A DNA stretch of 64,000 bases, from assembly GCA_965153285.1 (NCBI GenBank), contig OZ229120.1. One strand, 5' to 3'. The DNA is from Podarcis tiliguerta (Eukaryota). A model generated the notes under the pieces. The model worked only from the letters and a program-made list of their open reading frames with translations, did no database searches and was not told the origin of the DNA. The position numbers were made by a program, and so were the translations under genes. Below are positions 35,501 to 47,300 of the stretch, piece by piece; position 1 is the first letter of the stretch, and each line of letters starts with the position of its first letter.

Positions 35501-38500
35501 CATAATGAAGTTTTTTGAGAGGAGCGAAGAGCCTAGTTCTGGTGACAAGTCCGTTGGCTCACATGTGACTTCCGGTCCCCAAGAAAGCACTGGGGGGAAA
35601 CCGGAGACGGGCAGCTTCATAAAGAACTTCATGCAGAGGCCTAAAGAAAAAGCGGAGGAGGCAGTGACCGAGACTGCGAAGGCGAATGGTCATTTGCCTC
35701 ACCCAGAACTGAGCAAAATGGACAACGGACATGGTCCCGTCCCTTGGCACCCCCCCTCTCAGAATGCTTTAAGATCACAGCCAAAGATACAAGACTTATC
35801 GGGGCAGCCAACTCTTTATAGACAACCTACGGATTCCAATATTTATCAAGCAGTTCTCAACGAAAGGTCAAATGAATTTCTCAATTCCTCTTTGCTGAAT
35901 GCTAAATTGTATGGCCACTCAGAGCAGCATCTTGCTCTTGAGGAAACAAGGAGCCACTCTAGCTTTGACTGGGAATATGATGCAGGAGCATTTTCTCTCA
36001 ATGCCCACCAGGTTTCCTTGCCCGTTTACTACGTCTTGCAGCAGAATTCTGTCCCACTGGCTGAGTTTCTGGAATGGCCAGACTCCAGTGATGCCGTAGT
36101 GAACTTGTGTAAAAAAGATGGCAATGCCAATGTTGTGGATTGGAGGTCAAATGCCAATTTTGATGCCCTGAGCATGGATTTCAGTGTCATGTCACACGAA
36201 TCGTTTGATCAGTTAGACTTACAAGATTTAGGTCTAGAAGAAACTGAAATGTGGGCAACGCATTCTCTGAATGGAAACCTTCCTCCATTTGATGACTGCA
36301 GCTATATTTTGGAAGAGATGCCCATGGACTTAAGCTATTCGTCGGCATGTGATGGCAATATGTGGACCTTAATTGATCAGGAGTCCTTGAGCCTGGAAGG
36401 CAGTTTTGTCTATTCATCTTATAGCCAGGAGTACCAGGACTGGCTGATGCTGCTTGAGAAGGGCGTCTGGTGGCCATCGGAAGAGGGCGATTGTGGATAT
36501 TACATGTACAGGGACGGTCAGTTTGTTTATTCCCTGCTCACCGACCCCACTGGGCAGTATGTCTACATTTGCACTCCTGACACTTACACCTACCCAGACT
36601 ACTGGGATTATAATTATCCGCAGAGCATTTTGCAGAGCACTGTCTTGGAAGATGACATGATTGCCGTTTGCGGTTTCAAAGTGCCTCTTAGTAATGAAGA
36701 CGAGTTATTCTGGTTTGCTGAAGAGGAGCAATTGGATAATTACTCTGTAAACAAACCACTTGATTTGTCTGTAGCTCTGCAGAGAAGTGATCAACTTATG
36801 AACATGAATTTAGAGACCTTTTCGCAGATGTTTGAGGAGTCCATTTATTACCAGAGAGAGCAGCCTTTAGACTTTTCAGGGTACAAACTTCAAAAACTCA
36901 AAGTAGACTTTAGGCCTGAGAATGACATGGAGTGGCACACAGAAGAGCCTCCCCTGACCCTTGACCTTAGAGTTCACTCCAGGGTGGCTTCCAGTGGGAG
37001 GCTAAAAGATGATGCTCTGCCCAAACATCCGGACAGGACCCCTGCTGTGACAGTTTCTGAAAGTGCACAGTCAAAACGGTTTGGTTTCCATATATTCCAG
37101 TCTTCTGCTAAGCCTGAGCCTTCATCGGCATCTCAGAGTGTTACAGAAGTCAAAACCACTGAAGAAGATAAAAAGCCACCTCTGAATAAAGTCGCATCTT
37201 TATTCTCTGCTTTGGGTGGCCTGATGGGTAAGGGTACGGAAGCGCATGAGACAGTGGAAGATGCGGCTGTGAAGAAAGGAGAACCGGCGGTGTTGGGACA
37301 CAAAAACGATGCTCTTCCAGCTTCGCCACCCAGGAAAACAGGAGAGGATATGCAAAACCAGCAGCACACGGAGCATGAACAAGAGAGAAAAGAGAGAGGC
37401 AGATTAGTTAAGTCCGTTAGGGATGAAAAGCCAGTGATTTCTCAGAAAAAGCCTCCGCTGGTGAGGTCTTCCTCTCAGCTCAGCCAGGGTCCCATGGACA
37501 GCAGGACCAGTCAGCTGGATAAAAGTGTTAAGCCTGCTCCCCTCCCAAGTCAACAAAAACCCAAAGTGGGTGAGGATGAACCCAAGAAAACCCAGCCAGC
37601 CCCCAGCCAAGCACCCGCGGAGGCTGAGGGCACGTTGTTTAAAAGTGCTCTCAAGATTCTCAGCCTGGGAGAAGACTCCTCCACACCTGCAGCACCCAAT
37701 AAAAGTCAAGGCCCCGGGTTCTTTGATTTCTTTAAAACGCAGGTCAACAAAGCCCCACAGCCACCGCCAGCACCCCAGCCAAATCTGACGAAAAATGAAG
37801 CCGAGAAGAAAATGCCTCAGGAGAAAGTGGAGCCCCCAGGCATTTCATCATTCTTTGGTTCCATAGGGGATCTTTTCAAAGTCGATGCAGCCCCTGCCCC
37901 ACCAAGTGCCGCTGCTCCACCAAAGAGTGGAACCCCCACCTCCCTGAAACCGAATGACAACGCGGACCAGCGTAGCCGAGAGCCAAGTAAGAGCAGCACT
38001 CCTGCTCCTCGAATCCCCGTGGAGCAGGCTCGTGGGAACGCTGCCCAGAAGGCCGCAGTCCCCAAGGAAGAACAGCATGGGAAAGTAGGCAAGGAAGCTG
38101 CTCCAGTGAAGAAGGAGGACATCCCCACCGCAGGGAATGCAGAACCCAAGCCTCCCATGCAGGCAGGCCCTCGAATGGACCAAGCAAATCGCTCTCCAGG
38201 GCAGCATGGCCACGGACCAGCTGTTGCACCGGGACCGCAAGGCCATGCAGGAGCCATGCCTGGTAAAACTCAGCCAGGAAAAGCCAGTCAGCCACCCAGG
38301 GATTCTGGGTTTAGCCTGCCTTTTGGCTTATCTCAGGCAGCACCTTCGAAGCCTCCGCAGGCCCCGCAGCCGGCTGGCAAGAGCATCTTCTCCTCCTTCT
38401 TCGGTGCCCCAGAGAAAGCCCCTGCCCCTGCTCCAGCAGCTCCTAATGCCAAGCCCCCGGAAGGAGAGGGTCTGTTCAAGATGCCTTCTTTCTTTTCCGG

Positions 38501-41402
38501 AGGGCCCACCACAAAGAAGAACGTGCCTCAGAGCAGCTCCAGCTTCAGCTTTTTCAACCTGACCTCCTTCCTGGATGACAAACCACCGGCAGCTGCTCCT
38601 GACAAGGGGAATATTGCAAAGCCACCTCAGCAGCAGGCAAGCACCCTGGGAAGGCCGCCTCAACAGCAAGCAGACGCAAAGCCTTCTATGAAGCAGTGTG
38701 TTTCTGTTGACTCTGGCATTGGACTTGCCAGACAGCAGGGCTTGAAGGATAAAGAGGCAGCGGCGGGTGTTATAGAAGCAGTACTTGGAAAGCAAGAGGC
38801 TGTTGGTCCGGAGCACAAGGCAAGTGAGTTAAAAACTCCTGCGGCTGAGCATGCTGCGGCAAGTGCTTCAGAAGTGAAAAATGAGGTAGAGATACCTTTT
38901 GTGGCCAGTAAACCTCCTGATGATGGTACAGATAGAGAAGACCACTCAGTCTATTCTGATCCTGGCTCTCAGGTCCCTACGCTGCAGGAAGACATTGCAC
39001 CTTCCCTTCCGGAGATTCCACAACCAGAGGAGCAGCTGCAAGACAATGCAGAAAAGAGTGGTGGTATTGTGGTGTCCTCTGAGAAGGAATTTGTTCCTTT
39101 AGTTGAGAACGAGACTTTTGAAAAGGCAGAGCCCGCTCCAGTTTGTGATGAGACCTCTGTGGCTCTTGAGCCATCTCCTGCTCCTGGAGACCTTTCACAG
39201 GAGGTTGTACCTGAAGAAAAACCAAGCGCCCCTGAAGTCAAGCCCCCGGAGCCCAAGCAACCTGATAGGACCCCAAATACTGAAGTCAAGCCCCCGGAGC
39301 TCAAGCAACCTGATAGGACCCCAAATACTGCAGGAGAGCAGCAGGCTCAGGGCCAGAGGCCTCTCCCTCAAATGGCAGCAGCAACACCTAACCTGCAGGA
39401 GAAACCTAAAGAGCCTGAGGCTGACAAATCAGTTCTAGATTCCTCCGTTGAAATGTTTTCCAGCTTCATGACGAAGATGAAACCAACCAAAACATTATCT
39501 GGCTTCTTTTCCCAGCCTCAGACTCCAGCAGCTCCTAGTGCCCAAAAGAAGAGCACTTCGTTTTTCGGCCTTTCCTCCCTGCCCACTGGGCCTCCTCCAG
39601 CATTTACAAGTGATCTCTTTGGCATTTTTAAAGGAGCAACAGACGAGACCCTTTCAAAGCCTGCAGGGAAGACCGCAGGCACTTCAAAACCCCAGGAAAT
39701 GAGCTCCAGGGCAAAGGAGGCCGTGGGCCCAGTTCCTGGTAAAGGTCTCGCAAAACAAGATAAAGCCTCTAGGGACGAACTTTTAGGGACAAATGCCGGC
39801 AGCGTTTTGAAACAACCGGACCAAACCTCTAGGGCTGAACCTACAGAGAAAGAAGCTAGCAGTGACTTGAAACAAGATGCCCCTTCTGCTTTAGCAGATG
39901 AGAGTTTGGGGAAAGAATGTAGGGCAGAATTGGAAGCTGAAAGCAGTGGAAGACCTGAACATGGTCTGGAACCCTCCCTTAATGCTTCAGAAACTTTAGA
40001 CTCAAGTAGGGATCAGGGCCCTGAAGTGGTGCAGCTGGACACAAACTTACTGGCATCTGATGAAGCAGGGAAGGCTGCCCCGTGTAGTCCAGAGGTACAT
40101 GATGCAGTTGAGACGGTGGTGCTGCAGGAGAAGAGTGAAGTGCCTGTGGAGCCCTTAGAAAATGATGCTGTCCCTGCTGTTGAAGAGCAAGTGAGCCCGG
40201 CAGGAGAAACAGACGTTGGCCAAATGGATTTGGAGAGTACACGTGAGCTGGAACCCAAGGTTGGTGAGGCAGATGAACACCCGAAACTGCCAGAACTGAC
40301 GGATACTTCACTAACCACTGAAGAAGTAACTACAAAGAATGAGGCAGATGTTGATATTTGCCCACCAGACACGTTTGAGACCCTGGAGATGGAACCCAAA
40401 GCTGCTGCAGATGAGGCCCATGACTTGCCCCATCAGGATATAGAAAAGGTCCCTGAAATAAAATCTGATCTTCCTCCTGAGCAGAAAGAGCCTCTAACCA
40501 TCAGCGAAGCAGCCCCAGAAGCTGCTCCCTTGAAAAGCAGTTTGGCTGGTAAGAGCAAGCCAGCCGGTGCTCCTACAGAGGCCAGCGGCACCAAGCCCAT
40601 GTTTGAAATTCCAAGCATGCCCACTTTGCCCAAATTCGGCTTCATGTCTTCTGCAGACAGCAGCAAGCCATTTGGCTCCTTCTTCTCTGCACAGCCGCCT
40701 TCGGCAAGCAAGCCTGCGCCTGAGCCAGGCCTCGTGTCCAGCTTCAACAAGTTTTCCTCAAGTCTGTTTGGTGGAGGAAGTGATGAGAAAGCAGGTAAAG
40801 TAGAGGGCACTCCGGCTGCTGTGTTTGGAAAGAAGCTGGACTTCTCATTTCCGTGGCAGAAAGATGCCAAGGAGGCAAGTCTCAAGAAGGAACCAGATGT
40901 GCCAACACCAAAAGCTTCCTCCAAACAGGAGGTGGCCCCAATTGCTTCATCCAAACTGGATTTGAAGGCACCAGAAGCTGTCTCAAAAGCCGAGGAACAA
41001 GCAGTGGATGTGACCGGGGCTGATGGGAGCCCAAACCTCTCTGCCTCTGACCAGCCAGCTGACAGTGCTGCTGATTCAGACCTTTCTTCTAAGCAGCCCG
41101 ACAGCAAGAGCAACGAATGCTTCGATGGTCCCACACCTGACATTCCAGTTGCGCCCAACAAGGAGCTGGAGCTTGAGGTCTCCAGAGAAACGGAAGATGA
41201 GCCAAGCACCATTTCCAGTGAGCCTCCTGGGCTCCCTGAAGAGGAACCAGCAGAAGGTGCCACACAGGTTCAGGATGAAGTAGAGCAGAAGGAAAGTGTC
41301 CCTTGTCCAGAAACGGAAACACTTGCTACTGGACTGCAGCCGGCGGAGCAGAGTAGCCCTGAGCCACTCAGGAAGAAAAGGCCAGTAGCCAAAACAGCAT
41401 GA
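32513..41402 (+). CDS. UNC13B: Giant in-frame exon of UNC13B (~2,960 codons, mostly low-complexity/disordered). Either a cassette exon 32513-41380 using a GC donor, or a terminal exon ending at TGA 41400-41402.
   Basis: 9-kb uninterrupted ORF (32358..41402). An ~80-nt AG-free pyrimidine tract ends in the AG at 32511-32512, giving phase-2 entry in frame with exon 8 (AG|A CCA GGA = RPG). The ORF's first 51 codons are intronic. Confidence 0.9.
39232..39327 (+). repeat. 48-bp in-frame tandem duplication inside the giant exon (EVKPPE[P/L]KQPDRTPNT x2)
   Basis: Two copies, 39232-39279 and 39280-39327, with one mismatch. Confidence 0.95.
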
Positions 41403-41902
41403 TAAATGGTGCCAACTTGTGAGCCATTTATAATGCACGTGCTGTAACAGTAGATGCCTGACCTCGTAGATCAGACTCCTCTAGGCTGTGTTTGGCATTA
41501 GTAGTACCCAGTGGTAGGTAGAGTTGTGACCGCTAGTTGCTAGGCTGCCCACCCAGAGCCTCCCCTGCCCTTCTCCTTCTCGGCTTCTGGTTTCCTTTGT
41601 TCCAAAAGATGACGCTTCCCCTTTGCTCTCCGTTTGTGCTGTGTCCTTGTGAGTGAGCTGCTTTGAGTATTAGTTTCATCAACCTTCCGTAGCCTAATTG
41701 TGTGCGTGAGAAAACAACCTGTACCTCTAGATGACATGGTGGGAGGGAGGAAATCGGGGGCTCTCTTGGTTTGCAGAAAGCTTAGTTGGACAGCATACAA
41801 GGCATTCACATTTTAAGATGGGAGAGAGACCCAGATGGCAGCAAAAGCTGATCCAGTGGTTGCAGTTCAGTCCCCTGCAGCATAACTTTTCTAACACCCA
41901 GA

Positions 41903-42123
41903 AGGGGATTCCGACTAAACATCAGGGAAAACTTTCTGACAGTAGCAGCTGTTGAACAGACTCCCTTGGGAGTTGGTGGATTCTCCTTCCTTGGAGGTTT
42001 CTAAGCAGACATTGCCTGGTCTTCTGTCATGGATTCTTGAGCTCTGATTCTTGCATTTAGGGGGTTGGACTGGATGACCCCTGGGGGTACCTTCCAACTC
42101 TGCCATGCTAAGATTCTGTGATT
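41903..42123 (+). mobile_element. CR1 LINE 3' end
   Basis: AAACTTTCTGACAG...GGGTTGGACTGGATGACC...CTTCCAACTC...ATTCTGTGATT tail. Confidence 0.8.
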
Positions 42124-42794
42124 AAAACCTTCTCCCTCCCACCAGTTAAACATGGCCGTGGACTATTAAGGTACTAATGCAGAAACATCCAGTTCTTGCT
42201 GCTCAGAAGCTGTTACTGCTCAGCTAACAGGATTCAGTTTTTCTCTACTTTTACCAGCTGTATTCAGCGGCATTAGCTGAATGTGCTTTTCTGTGTTAGG
42301 CTGCGGGCATCTGGAGCCAATGAGGAGCTCCTTGGCGCCCCATTAGGTCTCCAAGCAAGCTGATAACTGGTTTTCTGGTTTACCATATCTCAAAAACATT
42401 CTTAATTATTCCATATTGAAGAGAATTGCAGTGATTTCATGTTACAGCTATCAGTGTATTAGTGACTTTTGCTCCCTGTTTACCCCTCTCCAGGGGATGA
42501 TTGGGGCTGGTGTTCTTGCTGCCCCTCCCTAGTTACAGAACTGCTAGTTACTAAAACCATTGCTAAATCTGCACTCCTCACCCGCCATCTCTAGACAACT
42601 GGCCCAGCAGGGATCCTGCTTCAAGCATTTTCCTTTCTGCCCAGCCTGTTTTCCAAGGAATAGATGGGATTTTCACACTGTAGCTGCCTTGGGTCCTCTT
42701 GCAGATATCTCTGCCTATGTGGGCTGCCAAAAGCCAGGCAGCACTTAAATAGCGGCCCAGAAGCATTTGTGCCCCTTCCTTCTTAGAATTCCAC

Positions 42795-42798
<4 letters not shown>

Positions 42799-42831
<33 letters not shown>
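42799..42831. repeat. (GA)n microsatellite
   Basis: Direct reading; a compound (TG)n(AG)n tract also at ~52970-53014. Confidence 0.95.
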
Positions 42832-42834
<3 letters not shown>

Positions 42835-43458
42835 GTATTGTTGAATTAACAGCTCCTGGTGCAGTAACTCCAACCTTATAATAATCAGTCACTCCCAAGC
42901 AGCGACAGCAATGGGCCCATGTTGTGCTGGAAGACAGGGCTGATTTTTCTAAACGGCAGCCACAACAGGATCCATTCTCAGCCGCTGGAGAAACTTAAGA
43001 ATGTGCTAATGAAATGGGAGTAAAGATGAAACCCTCATGTCCCAGAATCCACGTGCAGTTGACATGCTAGGGGCAAACGTCGTAAGAAGGTGTTGAGCTT
43101 AGCAGCTTAGAGGTTCAATGTGCACGGAACTTTTGCTGCCTTTCTTAATTTTCCTATGGCCTGTAAACAGTTTACAGGATGCGCAGCAGATGATGCTATC
43201 TGTTCCTGATTGATATATCAATAGGGTCCAGAGGCTTAGGCCCAGCACAAAAATTGCAAACACAAACTTGGAAGTGGCGGGCGACTGAGAACAGTGGCTG
43301 CAGTGTGCAAGAGACATTTGCTTGGCTAGAGTTTCCATTTGATGCTTTGGCCTGGTGTAGTTAGGATTTGCACTCTCTCTCTCTCTGCGTGTGCATGCAT
43401 TGTGCTGTTTCCTGGTTGCCAAGACCTTTGGACTTACTAATGCCTTGCTCTCTCACAG

Positions 43459-43758
43459 TCCTGCCAGCAGTAGTAAGTTTGGTTCCTCCTGTAACATCAG
43501 CCAGGGAAGCTCTCAGCTGAGTGAGCTGGACCAGTATCACGGGAGTGTGCCCTGCTCCGAACACGAGGACGAGCTCGCAGAAGGGGTGCCCGCTGCTCCT
43601 CCTCCTCCTCCCCCGACAGAGGGCCCTGCGCCATCTAGCGAGCAGCATGAGCCCCAGGAAGTGCACAGGGAAGGAGAGGGGAAGGTGAAAGAGCATGCCA
43701 CACCTCAACTACCTCCTGAAGCGGACGAGCCCAAAGAAGCCACGAAGACACCGGGCAG
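43459..43758 (+). CDS. UNC13B: UNC13B exon 9 (300 nt, phase 2-2): (S)[27 protein letters not shown]...TKTPG
   Basis: Branch point TACTAAT (43435-43441), cacag acceptor, AG|GTAGGT donor; matches mammalian [28 protein letters not shown]. Confidence 0.95.
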
Positions 43759-44211
43759 GTAGGTGGTGCACGTTGGCCATGGATTCCTTGGAGTTGAACG
43801 TGAGGCCACTTTTCTGGTTGATCTTGGGAGAGGCAAACAGGATATGGGTGTGGTGCCATAGCTGGTTTTGAGTAGTCCACTGGTGCCTAGGGTCAGAAAG
43901 GGGGGGGGGACAACTGTCGTTAAATAAATCTAATCCTCCTCTTCATCATCATCATCATTTTACACCCATCTAGTGACTAATGGGGTGCATTCCTTACAGG
44001 GTTCTCTACCACAGTCCCTGTTGGCCACACTTTTTCTTCTTTCCGTGCCATTCTCTGTCTTTTGCTGGCCATCCCAGGTCTCTTGGGGCCAACTGTTCTC
44101 AGCGTTTGTTCCCACCATTACAATAAAAGGTTCTTTTCATGTGTTGAGTTTCATGAGACTGCTCTTGAATTTCCAGCACTCATTTTTCCCCTCGTTTTTC
44201 TTTTTTGCAAG

Positions 44212-44302
44212 TCACCTTGACGAAAACGAACTTCTCCTGCTTCCCGCCGCAAGAGCCCGCTGGATCCGAGCCATTAATAAAGTGCGGCTTCAGTTTGAAG
44301 AG
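44212..44302 (+). CDS. UNC13B: UNC13B exon 10 (91 nt, phase 2-0): (S)HLDENELLLLPAARARWIRAINKVRLQFEE, calmodulin-binding helix
   Basis: T-rich tract with AAG acceptor, GAG|GTAGGG donor. WIRAINKVRLQ matches the Munc13-1/ubMunc13-2 CaM-binding motif with its anchor Trp. Confidence 0.93.
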
Positions 44303-47300
44303 GTAGGGCCTGTGAACGTGTCCCTTCCCCCATCCTTCCACCTGTGTCTGCTCTTGTAAACCTTGCCGTGACTTTTGTCTGAAGGTCGCTTTGCTTGTCT
44401 AAGGGAGACACCGTCCTGGGACAGCTGCACAAACGGTGCGTGTGCCTCTCTGGTACCAACAACTTGCTGAAGTTGACCGTGGTGACCTTAATTTGTTGAC
44501 CTCAAGGCAGAGGGGTGCAGAACTTGTGCCCCACCAGATTTTGTTGGACTCTCTCCTCAGCCCCAACAGGGCTGGGATTGGGGTGAAGTTGGAGCTCAGC
44601 GACATCTGGGGGCACCAAGTTGGCTACCTGTGTTGTGTAGAAGAACCAGAATTATTTATGGAAGTGTTGCATTGACATCACTGTTCCGTTGTGTCTGTAG
44701 TTTGTCTTCTGAGGCCCTTCTCTATGTTCCCTCCCCAAAAGGTTCGGAGGGTGACAACACAAGAAAGGGCCTTTTTTGGTGTGGCTCCCCGTTCGTGGAA
44801 TGCTCTCCCCAGATGCTTTCCCAACCCGTTGTGGGTGTGTGGGAGAGGAGACCCTTCCATGAACTACTGTGCTGCTCCTGGCGGCCTCCCGATTTCACTC
44901 CAGAGAGCACCCAGAAGCCGAGTGTTGTCTGAACAGGCCGGAGCAGAGAGTGGCAGCAGGTTCCCTCTCTGCCCCGTGTTGTTGTTGACTTGTGTCATTT
45001 GGATGCTGCCCTGGCCAGCGGAAGGCCATTGATGTGCCCCGGATCAAAATAGGCTCATGTTTGCAACCTTGTCGTTTTAGATGGATCAGAATTTACACAA
45101 TGTCACCGGGCTTAGCATTGCAACTGTGTTGTTGAGGTATCACAAAAGGGTCCTTAGCAGCAATGATATTTTTCATGGAAAAGGGAAATCTGAGCTTAAT
45201 GTGGGGAAAATACAGGGTGGCAGTTTTAGGGGATTCTGCAAAATAAGACCACGCAAAAGGAGCACCTATCTAACACTGATGTCAGGCTTTCTTAGCAGTT
45301 TCTCACACAGGGCAGAAACTGTGTTTTGCTACAGAGAGTATCAAAACACTTTTGTAATTCTTAAGCAAGTCAGAAGCCTGTTGAGTTGAATTAAAAGATC
45401 CTGACGGGTGTAAGAAATGTGAGATATTTACAAAAAGCCGTCAACCCAAGAGCTTTAACAGAACAACCCGGCGAGTTTGTCTGTCTTCTGAAAAATGCTG
45501 CTTTGAATCATTTAGTGAATTGTTTTGAAAAGTAAAACTCTCAAGAGCACTGGAGGCTTCTGCGCACAAAGAGAATTGGTGGTGTGTGAACGACAAGCGG
45601 CTCTTGATGGCTGCAAGCAGACCCCTCGTGCCTTCAAGTGCCTCCCTCCGTCTGCTTTCTTGTGGGCCAGAGAAACTGGCAGGATGCGCCGTGGAAAGCT
45701 TTTGCCATTGCGAGATGCTGCACTGGCGTCTCTCCAGAAGCACCAAGGTTTTCTCTTGATGCGTCTCCTGGGAGCGGGAGATAGGAGTACAAACTTGTCT
45801 GCTGTGAGCAGGAAGGTTCCTTGCGCGCCTGTCAAGATGGGTACATTAACTCTTTTTCATTATTCTGGCTTGTGCTTGTGTCGTGCTTCACTATTCATGG
45901 AAGAGAGTTGTATTCAGTAGCAGCAACTATAAGATGGGTATCCCCCTTTGCATCTTCTATAACCTTTTTTGGAAACTCTTATAGTTGCAATACTCATCCT
46001 CAGTTGTATCCATTGCAGAGCTGTTGAGGATAGCAAATTATCGTCCCAACTGGAATTTGGTTCCAGTGGAAATAGCATGTTTCAATAACGGACCTGGTGG
46101 AGTAGGCTCCATTCCTGAAATCATTTGACCCAAACTGGAGCCTGGCAATTCAGCCCTGCCCTCGCACATGTGTGCGACCCACATGGTCTGTGTCATCAGG
46201 CAAATCAAAGGTTTGGAACATGGATGCCTTCTTTTGCTTTGGGCAGAGTCTGCCTCCCCTGTGTGGGCCTTGGACACTCTTGAAATGCAAAGGTGCACAC
46301 TGGTTAAAGGGTGAATTTTCCACATTTTGGGGTTCTCCTCTGTTGCAAATGAACCTTAACCAGTCCTGGGTCAAATCGGGACTTGAAAGCTGTGGATGTT
46401 TGGCTGAAATCTTAATCCTTTCACACCAGATACGCTTGGAGTTCAGGCAAGCAAGCCAGACTGTGAATTTTGCTCTGCTGCGTTTGTCAGCAGCTGGTAC
46501 CGCAGCTGTTGTGTGTGGAAAGCAAAACGGACAAGGAGAGCCTTGTGTGTCTTGTAGATTTAAGTACTATGAAGCGAAAGGCTGGTCAGAGACACCTGTC
46601 TGTCTTGGAGTTGCAGGTTCCTGTGTGGGGCTACTGGTGTGGAAACATTACATCTCGGGGGCAAAATAACAAATATGTTTCACATAGCGTAGAAAAGACA
46701 ATACATATGTAGTATTATTCTAAAAGTGTTATGTGGCATATACTTTTGACATCCCTTTAAAAAAGCTGTTTACATTTCCATATGAGATTATAGTCCTTTT
46801 TGTGTGTGTGTGTGGGGGGGTGTATTTACACGCATTAACTCCTGGCGTAGTAGCTTGAATATTGGCAAAGTCTGCATGTTGTCCTTAATAAAGTTTTTGA
46901 CACTTATATCCAGGTTGATGAATTTTCATAGGGCTTTCTGGGTAAATTGAAAGTGAATCCATCTGGAATGAGAGTCAGGAGAGAATTATATGTCAATAGC
47001 CAGGCTTATTAAATTGATACAAATGAATCGTGTCTTACCTTCTTGTTGTTGGCAAAGGAGGACCATTTTGGAAATCCTTGTAATGTTATGTGGAGGTAGC
47101 AATGTGTATTCTCTGGGGAACTGATGGGGATCTTCTGATCTGGATTGCAGTGAGGGGCCAGATCACATTTTACTAGAAGTTGCAGAAGGGGAGCTGCGAG
47201 GGCCCCCTAGGATTTGCTTTAGCAACCCAAGGCAGAGGGCTCCTCCTCTAGAAACCCTCCCGTCTTGGCAGACAAGATAAACATACACATACTAGTTCTT

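Noticed and set aside
40090-40800. Canonical GT donors late in the giant exon (GAG|GTACAT ~40094, CTG|GTAAGA ~40549, CAG|GTAAAG ~40795)
   Set aside because: They are phase 0 or 1 and would shift the frame on joining phase-2 exon 9.
33131-41438. Long antisense ORFs (e.g. 217, 210, 200 and 276 aa) overlapping the giant exon
   Set aside because: Shadow ORFs expected opposite a long, codon-biased coding frame; no independent features.
42121-42126. ATTAAA as the poly(A) signal of a truncated isoform
   Set aside because: It overlaps the CR1 tail and is unsupported without 3'-end data; possible but not called.
4185-44302. Assignment to UNC13A
   Set aside because: Diagnostic residues ([43 protein letters not shown]) are UNC13B-type despite the UNC13A-like 36-nt exon. 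A UNC13B-like paralogue cannot be excluded without synteny.
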